Origin: an uncultured Rhizobium sp.
GTDB lineage: Bacteria; Pseudomonadota; Alphaproteobacteria; SMXQ01
DNA: 64,000 nt
Assembly (NCBI GenBank): GCA_964628235.1
Contig: CAZVLU010000013.1
Coordinates: 12,417-76,416 of the forward strand
Direction: 5' to 3'
The notes under the pieces were generated by a model. The model did not search any database. It saw only the letters and a list, made by a program, of their open reading frames with translations, and had not been told where the DNA came from. Each line of letters starts with the position of its first letter. The first letter of the stretch is position 1. The position numbers and the translations under genes were made by a program. Of this stretch, positions 48,701 to 58,469 are shown in pieces.

Positions 48701-49339
48701 CGCGTTGATGACCGTGGCGGCAGCGGCGATGTCGGCGCCGACCAGCAGCGTGCCGGTGGTTTCGACCGTCACCTGCACGATGATCGGAATGTCCTTGTTC
48801 GCCTCGATGCGCGCGCGCTTGGCGCCATTGACGGCCGCCTTGATCTGCAGCGGGTCCTGACAGGTCTCGACCAGGATGACGTCGCAGCCGCCGGCGATCA
48901 GGCCAGCCGACTGCACGGTGAAGGCGTCTTCGAGGCTTTGGTAATCGATATGGCCGAGGCTCGGCAGCTTGGTGCCGGGACCGATGTCGCCGAGCACGAA
49001 ACGCTGGCGGCCATCATGGGCGAATTCGGCGATCACTTCGCGCGCCAGCGTCACCGCGAGCTTGTTGATCTCGAAGGCTTCGTCTTGCAGGCCGAATTCG
49101 CCGAGGGTGATCGGCGAGCCGCCGAAGCTGTTGCTGGTCAGCGCGTCGGAGCCGGCCTTGAGATAGCCGCGATGGATCTGCTTGACCAGATCGGGCCGGC
49201 TTTTATTGAGGATTTCGGTGCAGTTTTCTTGGCCGAGATAGTCTTTCTCGACGTCGAGATTCATCGCCTGGACGAGCGTGCCGGTGCCGCCGTCGGCGAG
49301 CAGGACATTGCTTTTCAGGAAATCGAGAAAGGCGCTCAT
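45785..49339 (-). CDS. metH: cobalamin-dependent methionine synthase
   Basis: Start at ATG 49339 (MSAFLDFLKSNVLLADGGTGT...), overlapping the metF stop (ATGA). Hcy-binding, pterin-binding, B12-binding (DVHDIGKNLV) and AdoMet-activation regions are present. The 1395-aa ORF in the track is an out-of-frame read into metF. Confidence 0.95.
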   Translation of the reverse strand: MSAFLDFLKSNVLLADGGTGTLVQAMNLDVEKDYLGQENCTEILNKSRPDLVKQIHRGYLKAGSDALTSNSFGGSPITLGEFGLQDEAFEINKLAVTLAREVIAEFAHDGRQRFVLGDIGPGTKLPSLGHIDYQSLEDAFTVQSAGLIAGGCDVILVETCQDPLQIKAAVNGAKRARIEANKDIPIIVQVTVETTGTLLVGADIAAAATVINALDVPVLGLNCATGPREMAEHVNWLGANWTGAVVVQPNAGLPELVDGKTRYPLSPDELTKWMERFLKEDGVNMIGGCCGTTPEHIAQLDGLLRKLAAEGGRNTHRPVPKKRDVVWTPSVASLYSQVPLRQENAYFSIGERCNANGSKQFRLLQEAGDWDGCVAMGREQVQEGSHALDVCTAFVGRDEVSDMSNVISRMRGSVTAPLVIDSTELPVLEASLKLYGGKAILNSINFEDGEEPAEKRMILAKRFGAAVVALTIEEAGMAKDVDSKVRIAKRLHEFACVKHGLAPSDLMIDPLTFTICTGNEDDRKLGLWTLEAIERIAKELPEAQIILGLSNISFGLKPAARHVLNSVYLDHAIKRGLTGAIAHFSRIMPMHKIPEEEVRVAEDLIFDRRREDYDPLQAFLALFQDRDQEKKAVVVRSEKPEERLKQRIIDGERKGIDVDLAEAMKTHKPLDIINVFLLDGMKVVGELFGSGKMQLPFVLQSAETMKAAVAWLEPHMERVEGQEKGVIVLATVKGDVHDIGKNLVDIILTNNGYKVINLGIKQPVGNIIEAANQNKADAIGMSGLLVKSTVVMRENLEEMQRQGLDIPVMLGGAALTRQYVEQDCLAAYGGKRVAYARDAFDGLGLMDKIVTKTFDTFVETAAAKTAAKPKNTRRAAMRVVPTVDGERPKSDAEGFDEASILRPVDYEEIKLHKAELLKGVDVPTPPFWGARLIEQVPLRNLVTYLNERMLYQFHWGYRKDGRTLEQYMAWARKELRPIMTRLLKQCEDESILQPKAAYGFWKCASEGNSVILFNEDGQTEATRFVFPRQNKPGGLCIADFFRDVSANERDVIGLQVVTQGDNASEVARQWFAQDRYQDYLYLHGLGIEMTEALAEYVHTRIRAELGFAGEDDRDMDKLLSQAYRGSRYSFGYPACPNLADQHQLIGLLGAERLGITMTDGDMLDPEQSTSAIVVHHPQAKYFSV

Positions 49340-50262
49340 AGGCTGGCTCCGACCTTGATTGCCGCTGCGCCGGCGGCGGGCCGCAGGCCCAGGATATGGC
49401 AGATCGCGTAAACGAGATCGGCACGGTTCAAGGTGTAGAAATGGAATTCCTTCACGCCGGCCTTTTCCAAGGCGAGACACTGGCGCGCCGCGACGGTGGC
49501 CGCCACCAGCTTGCGCGTCTCGGGGTCTTCGTCGAGGTCTTCGAACAGCCCCGCCAGCCAGCGCGGCACATCCGTGCCGCAAGCTTTGCTGAACTTCACC
49601 ACCTGGGCGAAGTTCGTCACCGGCAGGATGCCCGGCACGATCGGCACGGTGATGCCGGCCTTCTGCGCCTTCTCGATAAACCGCAGATACACCGCCGGAT
49701 CGAAGAAATATTGCGTGATGGCGCGCGTCGCCCCGGCGTCGATCTTCTTCTTGAGATTGTCGAGATCGTCCGCGGCGTTCGTCGCCGTCGGATGCATCTC
49801 CGGATAAGCGGCGACGGAAATCTCGAAGTCGGCGACCTTCTTCAGGCCCGCCACCAGATCGGCGGCATAGGCATAGCCGCCCGGATGCGGGCTGTAAGAC
49901 GCGAAGGAACCATCGGCCGCCGGGGCCGGATCGCCGCGCAGCGCCACGATATGGCGCACGCCAGCCGCCCAATATTGCCGCGCCACCTCGTCGACCTCGG
50001 CGCGCGTCGCGCCGACGCAGGTGAGATGAGCCGCCGGCTCAAGGCTGGTTTCAGCGCGCAAGCGCGCCACGGTGGCGTGGGTCCGCTCGCGCGTCGAGCC
50101 GCCGGCGCCGTAGGTGACGGAAACGAAGCGCGGCGCGATCGGCTCCAATCGGCGCACGGCCTGCCAGAGGCTCTCTTCCATCTTCTCCGTCTTGGGCGGG
50201 AAGAACTCGAAGGAAACCTGCAAACCGGAAGGGTCGGCGACGACGCCGAGGGGATCGCTCAC
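49336..50262 (-). CDS. metF: 5,10-methylenetetrahydrofolate reductase
   Basis: 308 aa. Motifs FEFFPPKT, VSVTYGAGGSTRE, HLTCVG. Confidence 0.9.
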   Translation of the reverse strand: MSDPLGVVADPSGLQVSFEFFPPKTEKMEESLWQAVRRLEPIAPRFVSVTYGAGGSTRERTHATVARLRAETSLEPAAHLTCVGATRAEVDEVARQYWAAGVRHIVALRGDPAPAADGSFASYSPHPGGYAYAADLVAGLKKVADFEISVAAYPEMHPTATNAADDLDNLKKKIDAGATRAITQYFFDPAVYLRFIEKAQKAGITVPIVPGILPVTNFAQVVKFSKACGTDVPRWLAGLFEDLDEDPETRKLVAATVAARQCLALEKAGVKEFHFYTLNRADLVYAICHILGLRPAAGAAAIKVGASL

Positions 50263-50311
50263 GAAACTGTCCTCATGATTGACGGCGCTGCGGTCCGACG
50301 ATGGAGCGCCT

Positions 50312-51292
50312 TTATGCCGTGACGGCGCGCGGTGCGGCTGCCGCTACATCGCGCGCATCGGCGGCGCGATCGGCCGCCCAGAGCACGACAGTGAGCGGGT
50401 CGCCCGCCAAGCGCACGGGGGCGGCAGGCTTGAGGCCCGCCGCCTTGAACCAACCGCCGATTTCGGCGTCCGAGAAGCCCAAGCGGCGGTGGGCATGCTC
50501 GTCGCGCATGAATTCCTGCTGATGGGGCGCGAAATCGACCACGATCAGCCGGCCGCCCGGGCGCAAGGCGCGCGCCGCCTCGGCGATGGCGGCAGCGGGA
50601 TCGGCGGCGTAATGCAGCACCTGATGGACCGTCACCACATCGAACGACTGCGACGGGACCGGCAGCATGTACATGTCGCCGTGGCGCACCTGGCATTGGC
50701 GCAGGCCGGCCGCGTCGAGATTGGCGCGCGCCAGGGCGAGCATTTCGCGCGACGCATCGATGCCGACGGCTTGGTCCGCCCGCGGTCCGAGCATGGTCAA
50801 TATCTTGCCGGTACCGGTGCCGATATCGAGAATCTCGCCGAGTCCGTCTTTGGGTAGCAAACTGAGCAACGCCTTGGCGACCTCGTCGTCATGGGCGTAC
50901 ATCTCGCGAATCTTGTCCCATTGGGCGGCATTTTTGCTGAAATAGCTCGCCGCCGTCTCGGCCCGGCTGTCCTTGATCGACTTGAGACGCTCATTGTCGA
51001 GCCCCAGCAAGCCGTCATCTTCCGGCATCATTTCGATCAATTTGCGCGCCAAGCCGGCGGCATCGCCCTGCGCCAGGCGGTAAAACGCCCAAGTGCCCTC
51101 GCGGAAACGGTCCAAAAGCCCGGCCTCGACCATCAGCTTAAGGTGGCGGGAGACGCGCGGTTGGCTCTGCCCGAGGATCTGGGTAAGCTCCGTGACCGTC
51201 AACTCGCCCTGGGCGCACAGCGCCAAAAGTCGCAGCCGCGTAGGTTCGGCGGCAGCCCTTAGCTTATCGAGATAATCGTCCATCGTGCTCAT
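50312..51292 (-). CDS. sahR: ArsR-type wHTH fused to a SAM-dependent methyltransferase-like domain (SahR-like regulator of methionine metabolism)
   Basis: 326 aa. HTH EPTRLRLLALCAQGELTVTELTQILGQSQPRVSRHLKLM, MTase motif I ILDIGTGTGKIL. First gene of an operon with metF and metH. This architecture matches the described SahR family. Confidence 0.65.
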   Translation of the reverse strand: MSTMDDYLDKLRAAAEPTRLRLLALCAQGELTVTELTQILGQSQPRVSRHLKLMVEAGLLDRFREGTWAFYRLAQGDAAGLARKLIEMMPEDDGLLGLDNERLKSIKDSRAETAASYFSKNAAQWDKIREMYAHDDEVAKALLSLLPKDGLGEILDIGTGTGKILTMLGPRADQAVGIDASREMLALARANLDAAGLRQCQVRHGDMYMLPVPSQSFDVVTVHQVLHYAADPAAAIAEAARALRPGGRLIVVDFAPHQQEFMRDEHAHRRLGFSDAEIGGWFKAAGLKPAAPVRLAGDPLTVVLWAADRAADARDVAAAAPRAVTA

Positions 51293-51325
51293 AGAGAGGG
51301 TGTCACCTTTGCCTGATTGATTAAG

Positions 51326-51337
51326 ATATAATTATAT
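51326..51337. promoter_or_regulatory. perfect 12-bp AT palindrome, candidate autoregulatory operator/-10 region upstream of the sahR-like gene
   Basis: ATATAATTATAT, 34 nt upstream of the start codon, within a wider imperfect dyad TAAGATATAATTATATTGTTA. It is the only strongly AT-rich spot in this promoter region. Confidence 0.4.
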
Positions 51338-51631
51338 TGTTATGCTCGTTCCAGTGGATTCATGACAGCCATCTGAATGATCTGCGGCAAAGCCGCAACA
51401 GGGGGTAGGAACCGAGTCCAGAGCCATTGATCTTGATAGAGTTTTTACCTTCTCTGTGTTACCTCCAAACCCTAGGGAGGCTCTTGGAGGCGAGGAGCGC
51501 AAAGGCCGGATGTAGGCCGCGTCGCGCAACCAAGTTTTTACCGTCTCCCCGACATAGTGCCGTTCACTGTAATCTCGGGCCTTCTCGCTAAATCCCGCGT
51601 TTCGCGCCCGCCGAGCCGCTGTCAGGTCAAA

Positions 51632-52510
51632 ATGCGCATCGTTTCTCTCTCCCGCTCCCTCCTTCTCTCCGCCAGCCTGCTCGGCGCGTCCGTCGCGCCG
51701 GCCGCGTGGGCCACGGCGATGGAGGATCTGCGCGAACCCATGACGGCCAATACGGCGATGGTAAACGAAGGCCTTCTGGCCCAGGCCGCGCCGGCCATGG
51801 ACATGGACGACGAGAACGACCCGCTCGAAGGCCTCAATCGCGGCATCTTCGAATTCAACCGCGTCGTCGACGGCATCATCATCAAGCCGGCGGCCCAGAT
51901 TTATCGCGGCGTGCTGCCGCAGGAAGCCCAAGACGGCCTGCGCAATTTCCTGCGCAACCTGCGTTCGCCGATCATCTTGCTGAACAACCTGCTGCAAGGC
52001 GACATGGAAGCTGCCGGCAACACGATCGGCCGCTTCCTGCTGAACACCACCGCCGGCCTCGGCGGCGTGCTCGATCTCGCCGCCGATCGCGGCCTGCCCT
52101 ATCGCGGCGAAGACTTCGGCCAGACCTTCGCGGTCTGGGGCATCGGCGACGGCCCCTATCTGATGCTGCCGATCCTCGGCCCCTCGAACCTGCGCGACAC
52201 CACCGGCCTGGTCGCCGAATGGTTCGCCGACCCGGTGAACATCGCGCTCGACAACAACGACCTCGAATGGCTGATCTATGTGCGCGCCGGCCTGACCGGC
52301 ATCGACGCGCGCTCGCGCAGCCTTGACCTGCTCGACGAGTTGGAGCGCACCTCGCTGGATTACTATGCGGCGATCCGCAGCCTGTACCGCCAGCAGCGCA
52401 GCAACGACATCCGCAACAGCCGCCCAAGCGACGATCAGGGCCGTCCCAATCTGACGCGCGCCCAGGCAGCCCTGCCCGACGATGTCGTATCCTTCCGCGA
52501 GTGGCGCTAA
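51632..52510 (+). CDS. mlaA: MlaA/VacJ-family outer-membrane lipid asymmetry protein
   Basis: Internal ATG with a signal sequence. Motifs DPLEGLNRGIFEFN, GRFLLNTTAGLGGVLD, YLMLPILGPSNLRD. Confidence 0.85.
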   Translation: MRIVSLSRSLLLSASLLGASVAPAAWATAMEDLREPMTANTAMVNEGLLAQAAPAMDMDDENDPLEGLNRGIFEFNRVVDGIIIKPAAQIYRGVLPQEAQDGLRNFLRNLRSPIILLNNLLQGDMEAAGNTIGRFLLNTTAGLGGVLDLAADRGLPYRGEDFGQTFAVWGIGDGPYLMLPILGPSNLRDTTGLVAEWFADPVNIALDNNDLEWLIYVRAGLTGIDARSRSLDLLDELERTSLDYYAAIRSLYRQQRSNDIRNSRPSDDQGRPNLTRAQAALPDDVVSFREWR

Positions 52511-52542
52511 AAGCCCCCCTCTCTCAGCGCAGTGGATTTTCG

Positions 52543-53193
52543 ATGATGTTCTTCAGTAGGCGCCGTCTTTTCGCTGCGGTTCCGGCCGTTTTCATCGCCG
52601 CCAGCTTGATTGCCGCGGCGCCCATGGCGCGCGCCCAATCGACCACCGAGGCCGCTAAATTCGTGCAGGGCCTTGGCGAGCGCGCCATTCTCGAACTGAC
52701 CGATACGAAGATCAGCGATGCGGAACGGGTGAATCGCATGCGCGCCCTGCTGACGCAAAGCTTCGACAAAGAAGCCATCGCCCGCTTCGTGCTCGGCACC
52801 TACTGGAACCGCGCCAGCGAATCCGAGCGCGCCGAGTTCATCAAGCTCTACGAAACGCTCGTCTCCTACACCTACGCCGGCTTGTTCAAGAAATATTCCG
52901 GCGAAACCTTCCAGGTTCTACGCGAGCGCGAGCTGGACGGCGACACTGTAGTCTATTCTCAGATCAATCAGCCCGGCGGCGGCCAGCCGATCCCGATCGA
53001 GATTCTCGTGCGTCCCTCTCAAGCCAGCGGGGCCAGCGGTCAGTTCCGCGCCGTCGACATCAAAGTCGAGGGCATCAGCATGCCGCTGACCCATCGCAAG
53101 GAATACTCTTCGGTCATTCAACGCAATCAGGGCCAAGTCAGCGGCCTGCTGAAGATCCTACGCGAAAAGACCGTCCAGCTCGAAAAAAGCTGA
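52543..53193 (+). CDS. mlaC: MlaC/Ttg2D-family periplasmic phospholipid-binding protein
   Basis: Internal ATG with a signal peptide ending ARAQ. Contains FDKEAIARFVLGTYWNRASESERAEF, typical of the family. Adjacent to mlaA. Confidence 0.8.
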   Translation: MMFFSRRRLFAAVPAVFIAASLIAAAPMARAQSTTEAAKFVQGLGERAILELTDTKISDAERVNRMRALLTQSFDKEAIARFVLGTYWNRASESERAEFIKLYETLVSYTYAGLFKKYSGETFQVLRERELDGDTVVYSQINQPGGGQPIPIEILVRPSQASGASGQFRAVDIKVEGISMPLTHRKEYSSVIQRNQGQVSGLLKILREKTVQLEKS

Positions 53194-53215
53194 TGCGTCG
53201 CACAGATGCGGAATC

Positions 53216-53248
53216 AAAAAGGCCGGCGAAATCGCCGGCCTTTTTCTT
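53216..53248. terminator. bidirectional intrinsic terminator between convergent mlaC and ettA
   Basis: aaaaa-ggccggcga-aa-tcgccggcc-tttttcttt. The stem is nearly identical to the terminator at 15537-15572. Confidence 0.8.
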
Positions 53249-53295
53249 TACCCTGCTGGCAGGCGCCTTGTAGGCGCAGCCTTGATGCCGTCCGC

Positions 53296-54978
<1,683 letters not shown>

Positions 54979-55049
54979 GTTACTGATCCTTTGCACAATG
55001 ATATCGATAGTACAGCGGCGCGTTCCCGTTCGGCATAATTTAAACCGCG

Positions 55050-56162
55050 TTACGCGCGCGCCTTGAGTGATTCGACCTTTTTCCAGTCTATGAGCTCGCG
55101 CGTGGGAGCTTGCGGCAGTTCGACACAACCGTTCCTCAGCTGCAGCGGCTCTTTCAGAATGCTCCCTGCCGTGAGGAAGAAAGTCTCCTCGCACGGAATT
55201 CTGCGCGTTGATTCCGGCAGCGCGTTGCCGAGAGATAGCGCGGCGAGCGCTCCAAGATCGCTGCAGGCGCCGATGCCAACGCCGACCTTAACGCCTCTTA
55301 TCGCCGCCATCCCGCCGATCGACAGGGATTCGGAGATGCCTGTCTTCATGACTTTGGCCGAGAGAGCCGCCGCGCCAGCGTCCATGAATAAGCGCGCGTC
55401 ACGAAGCGAGCGACAGCCGTTGTCCACAAGTATGGGCAGGGCGCAGCGCTCGGACAGCTTTTGAAAATCCTTGTTGGGCAGCATGGCGCAAGGGTCTTCA
55501 AAGTAGGCAACATCGTGCTCGGCGAGCATCTTTGACATTTCCGGCACATCCTCAGGCTTGGTACGGCCGTTGGAGTCGGCGAAAAGCTGAACCTGATCGC
55601 CGACGGCTTTGCGAATCTCCCGGAGGACGGCGGCATCCTTGTCCGCGCCCTGACCCGTTTTCACTTTGAAGGCCTGCATTCCAAAGCTCTCGACTGCCTT
55701 CGCCGCTTCGCTTGCCATAACCTTCGGCTCATCCTTGGTCAGCGTAAATGACACCGGAACGATCGTATTTTTGACGCCCAGGGCCCGCCAAATCGGTTGG
55801 GACGCCAAACACGCCCTCAGGTCCCAGCAGGCCACATCGACGAGGCTCTTGGCCAAAGGATGCTCGCGAACCGCCGCCAGAGCGGCCGATACGTCGCCCG
55901 CGTTTGAAAGGTCGACTCCGGAAATGGCCGGCAGCACGACGTCATCGAGCGCGGCGATGAACGTTCTGACCGTGTTCGAGTTCCACTTTAGGCGGACCGG
56001 CGTTTCCGCGATGCCGGTGGCTCCGCTTGTCGAATGCAGGGTCAGCAGAACCACGTCGATGCCAGTTTCCGAATGGCCCGACCATTTAATCGGCTTCCTG
56101 TAATTCATGCGGAATACGTGCAAATCGTATTTCAGCAAGCTGTGGTCCATAGCCCCTCTCAT
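55050..56162 (-). CDS. enolase-superfamily enzyme, MLE subgroup (dipeptide epimerase / N-acylamino acid racemase / cycloisomerase-like)
   Basis: 370 aa. KxK motif FKVKTG; metal-ligand contexts FADSNG, YFEDP, LVDNG; second catalytic Lys region SAKVMKTG. An alternative start lies at 56150. Confidence 0.75.
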   Translation of the reverse strand: MRGAMDHSLLKYDLHVFRMNYRKPIKWSGHSETGIDVVLLTLHSTSGATGIAETPVRLKWNSNTVRTFIAALDDVVLPAISGVDLSNAGDVSAALAAVREHPLAKSLVDVACWDLRACLASQPIWRALGVKNTIVPVSFTLTKDEPKVMASEAAKAVESFGMQAFKVKTGQGADKDAAVLREIRKAVGDQVQLFADSNGRTKPEDVPEMSKMLAEHDVAYFEDPCAMLPNKDFQKLSERCALPILVDNGCRSLRDARLFMDAGAAALSAKVMKTGISESLSIGGMAAIRGVKVGVGIGACSDLGALAALSLGNALPESTRRIPCEETFFLTAGSILKEPLQLRNGCVELPQAPTRELIDWKKVESLKARA

Positions 56163-56171
56163 GGCTCCGGC

Positions 56172-58331
56172 CTATCCTTGCGGACCGCTCAGGACGACGA
56201 CTGCATCCAACGCGAGGCAACCCTTCGGCGAAGCGACAATCGGATTGATGTCGATGCTCTCTATAGCGTCTCCGTAATCAGCCGCGAGCGCGCTCAGACG
56301 CATGATCGCATCGCATACGCTGTCCAAGTCCGCCACAGGCGCGCCTCGATAGCCGTAAAGCAATTGCCTGCCGCGCAGGCCGTTCAGCATATCGAGAGCG
56401 ATCGGCCTGCTGATCGGGAGCGAACGCAGTTGAACATCTTTGATGATCTCAAGGTTGACGCCGCCCTGAGCCACCATGAGAACCAAACCGGCTTCCGCAT
56501 CTCGATGGAAGCCGAGCGCGAGTTCGACGCCGCCCGTGACGAATTGGGAAACCAATATGCCCTCGGGCTTGATATCATGGCGCTCGATGACCGAAAGGAT
56601 TTTCTCGTACGCCGCGCCGACTTGCTCGGCGTCGCGCAAATTGAGATGAACGCCGCCGATATCGGATTTGTGCGCGACCGCCGAAGACACGAATTTAAGG
56701 ACCACCGGGAACCCGATGTCGACAGCCTTGCGAACGGCCTCGTCCTTGCTCGCCACGATGCATGACAGGGGCGATGCGATGCCGTAAGCCGCCAACAGCG
56801 CCTGCGAATCCGGCTCGTTCAACAACCGTCCGTCGCCGCCCGACAAGAGTTTCGAGACGGCGTCTTGATCTGCGCGACGAGCCCCGATCGCGCCTTGCGC
56901 CTGAACGGCCGCCAAATGCAAAGCGCGCATCTTCGCGGCTTTGCCCAATTTTCCGATGCAGGACAGCGCCTTGCCGATCTCGTGAAGAAAGGCGACTTTC
57001 GGCGCGGCGTCTCGCATCTCGCGCGCGAACGCGTTCATCCCGTGAGAGGCGAACGATACGAACGCCAACGGCTTCGCATCTTTGGACTGGGCGTAATCGC
57101 GGCAGATGGCGATATATTTTTCTGCGCGCGCGTTGCCCGCCTGATTGGGCACCGCGCCCTGAATGACGATCATATCGATGCCGGGATCGTCATGCAGAAC
57201 GCGCACGCATTCCGCGAGATTGTCCGGGTTCGAGAAAATTCCGGCGCCGCCGTCGATCGGGTTATCGCCAGACGACCATCCGCCGAGAACCTCCACCAAT
57301 CGGGCCATCCGATCCTTATCGAGTTTCGGAAACTCGACGCCGCAGCGTTCGGCCGTGTCCATCAGCATGCCGCGGAAGGCGCCTGAAATCGTGATCGCGC
57401 CGACCCGCGCGCCTTTTGGCATGGCGTCGCGAGTGGCAAGTTCCGCGATTTCAACGGCTTCATCCAAGCTCTCGACACGCACGATTCCGCGCGGCAGAAA
57501 CGCGGCATCGAAGGCCTCAACGCGTCCTGCTAAAGCGCCGGTATGGGCCAGCGCGGCGCTTCTGCCGGCCTCCGAGCGGCCGATTTTATAAGCGATGACG
57601 GTTTTGCCCGATGCTGCGGCGAACTCGGCGGCGGCTTTGAGTCGATCGCAATCGGCAACGTGCTCCAGATAGAGGATGATCGCCTTGAGGTTCGGCTGCG
57701 ATGCGAAGTAGGCGATGTAATCGGCCGTGGTGAGATCCACCTCGTTGCCGCTCGTGACCACGGCATCGACGATCATGCCCCGCTCTTCGAGGCATCTTTT
57801 CAGGAACATGATCGCGCCGCCGCTCTGCCCCACGAGGGCCACCGTCCCTCGGGAAAGATCGTGCGAGCGGTCTTCGACCAAGGTGACGCAGCGCGACGCT
57901 GCGTTGTAATTGCCGACGCAGTTCGGCCCTGAAACCGCGATCCCGGTTTCTTTGATCACGTCCAGAAGTTTATCGCGGATATCGCGGCCTTCCCCGGCGT
58001 CGCCTTCGCCGAAGCCTGCGGAGAAAATGGTGGCGGAGCGCGCTCCCGCTTTCGCTCCCGAGGCCAATGCCTCTGGCACAAGCGCCGCCGGAAGATAGAT
58101 CGCAAGGTGATCGGGCGGTTCCGGCAGTTCCGAGAGATGCCTGTAGCAAGGAACGCCCCACACCTCGCTGCGGTTCGGATTAATCGGATAAACCATGTGG
58201 GGATAATGATTGGCGCGCAAATTACGCCATGTGCGCCACCCCCAACTGCCAGGGCGATCCGATGCCCCAAGAATAACAATATTCTTGGGGCTTAAGAGAG
58301 CTGCCACGCGTTCAATGGACCGATCAAACAT
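56172..58331 (-). CDS. NDP-forming acyl-CoA synthetase (acetate--CoA ligase family; fused CoA-binding/ligase and ATP-grasp domains)
   Basis: ATG 58331 chosen as start (MFDRSIERVAALLSPKNIVILGASDRPGSWG...). CoA-binding Rossmann fold, succinyl-CoA-synthetase-like middle, C-terminal ATP-grasp. 719 aa. Confidence 0.75.
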   Translation of the reverse strand: MFDRSIERVAALLSPKNIVILGASDRPGSWGWRTWRNLRANHYPHMVYPINPNRSEVWGVPCYRHLSELPEPPDHLAIYLPAALVPEALASGAKAGARSATIFSAGFGEGDAGEGRDIRDKLLDVIKETGIAVSGPNCVGNYNAASRCVTLVEDRSHDLSRGTVALVGQSGGAIMFLKRCLEERGMIVDAVVTSGNEVDLTTADYIAYFASQPNLKAIILYLEHVADCDRLKAAAEFAAASGKTVIAYKIGRSEAGRSAALAHTGALAGRVEAFDAAFLPRGIVRVESLDEAVEIAELATRDAMPKGARVGAITISGAFRGMLMDTAERCGVEFPKLDKDRMARLVEVLGGWSSGDNPIDGGAGIFSNPDNLAECVRVLHDDPGIDMIVIQGAVPNQAGNARAEKYIAICRDYAQSKDAKPLAFVSFASHGMNAFAREMRDAAPKVAFLHEIGKALSCIGKLGKAAKMRALHLAAVQAQGAIGARRADQDAVSKLLSGGDGRLLNEPDSQALLAAYGIASPLSCIVASKDEAVRKAVDIGFPVVLKFVSSAVAHKSDIGGVHLNLRDAEQVGAAYEKILSVIERHDIKPEGILVSQFVTGGVELALGFHRDAEAGLVLMVAQGGVNLEIIKDVQLRSLPISRPIALDMLNGLRGRQLLYGYRGAPVADLDSVCDAIMRLSALAADYGDAIESIDINPIVASPKGCLALDAVVVLSGPQG

Positions 58332-58397
58332 CTTGGCTCGACTTGGGTAAATATGCGTGCGCCGCTTCGCATGGGCAGAAGCGTTGGACAATACCAA

Positions 58398-58414
58398 CAT
58401 CCGTCGGACGGATG
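58398..58414. promoter_or_regulatory. perfect 8-1-8 palindrome upstream of the acyl-CoA synthetase gene
   Basis: CATCCGTC-G-GACGGATG, 67 nt upstream of the 58331 start and 56 nt downstream of the TPR gene stop. It could be an operator or a short terminator hairpin. Confidence 0.35.
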
Positions 58415-58469
58415 CAAATGACCGGGGCTGGCGGCGAAACTGCCCAGAAGTGACGGTCTTAGACCGATG

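Noticed and set aside
45785-49972. A 1395-aa ORF that looks like a giant MetH with a ~210-aa N-terminal extension.
   Set aside because: The extension is an out-of-frame read through the 3' half of metF, which has its own clear frame and motifs. The MetH homology begins at the ATG at 49339, which overlaps the metF stop (ATGA).
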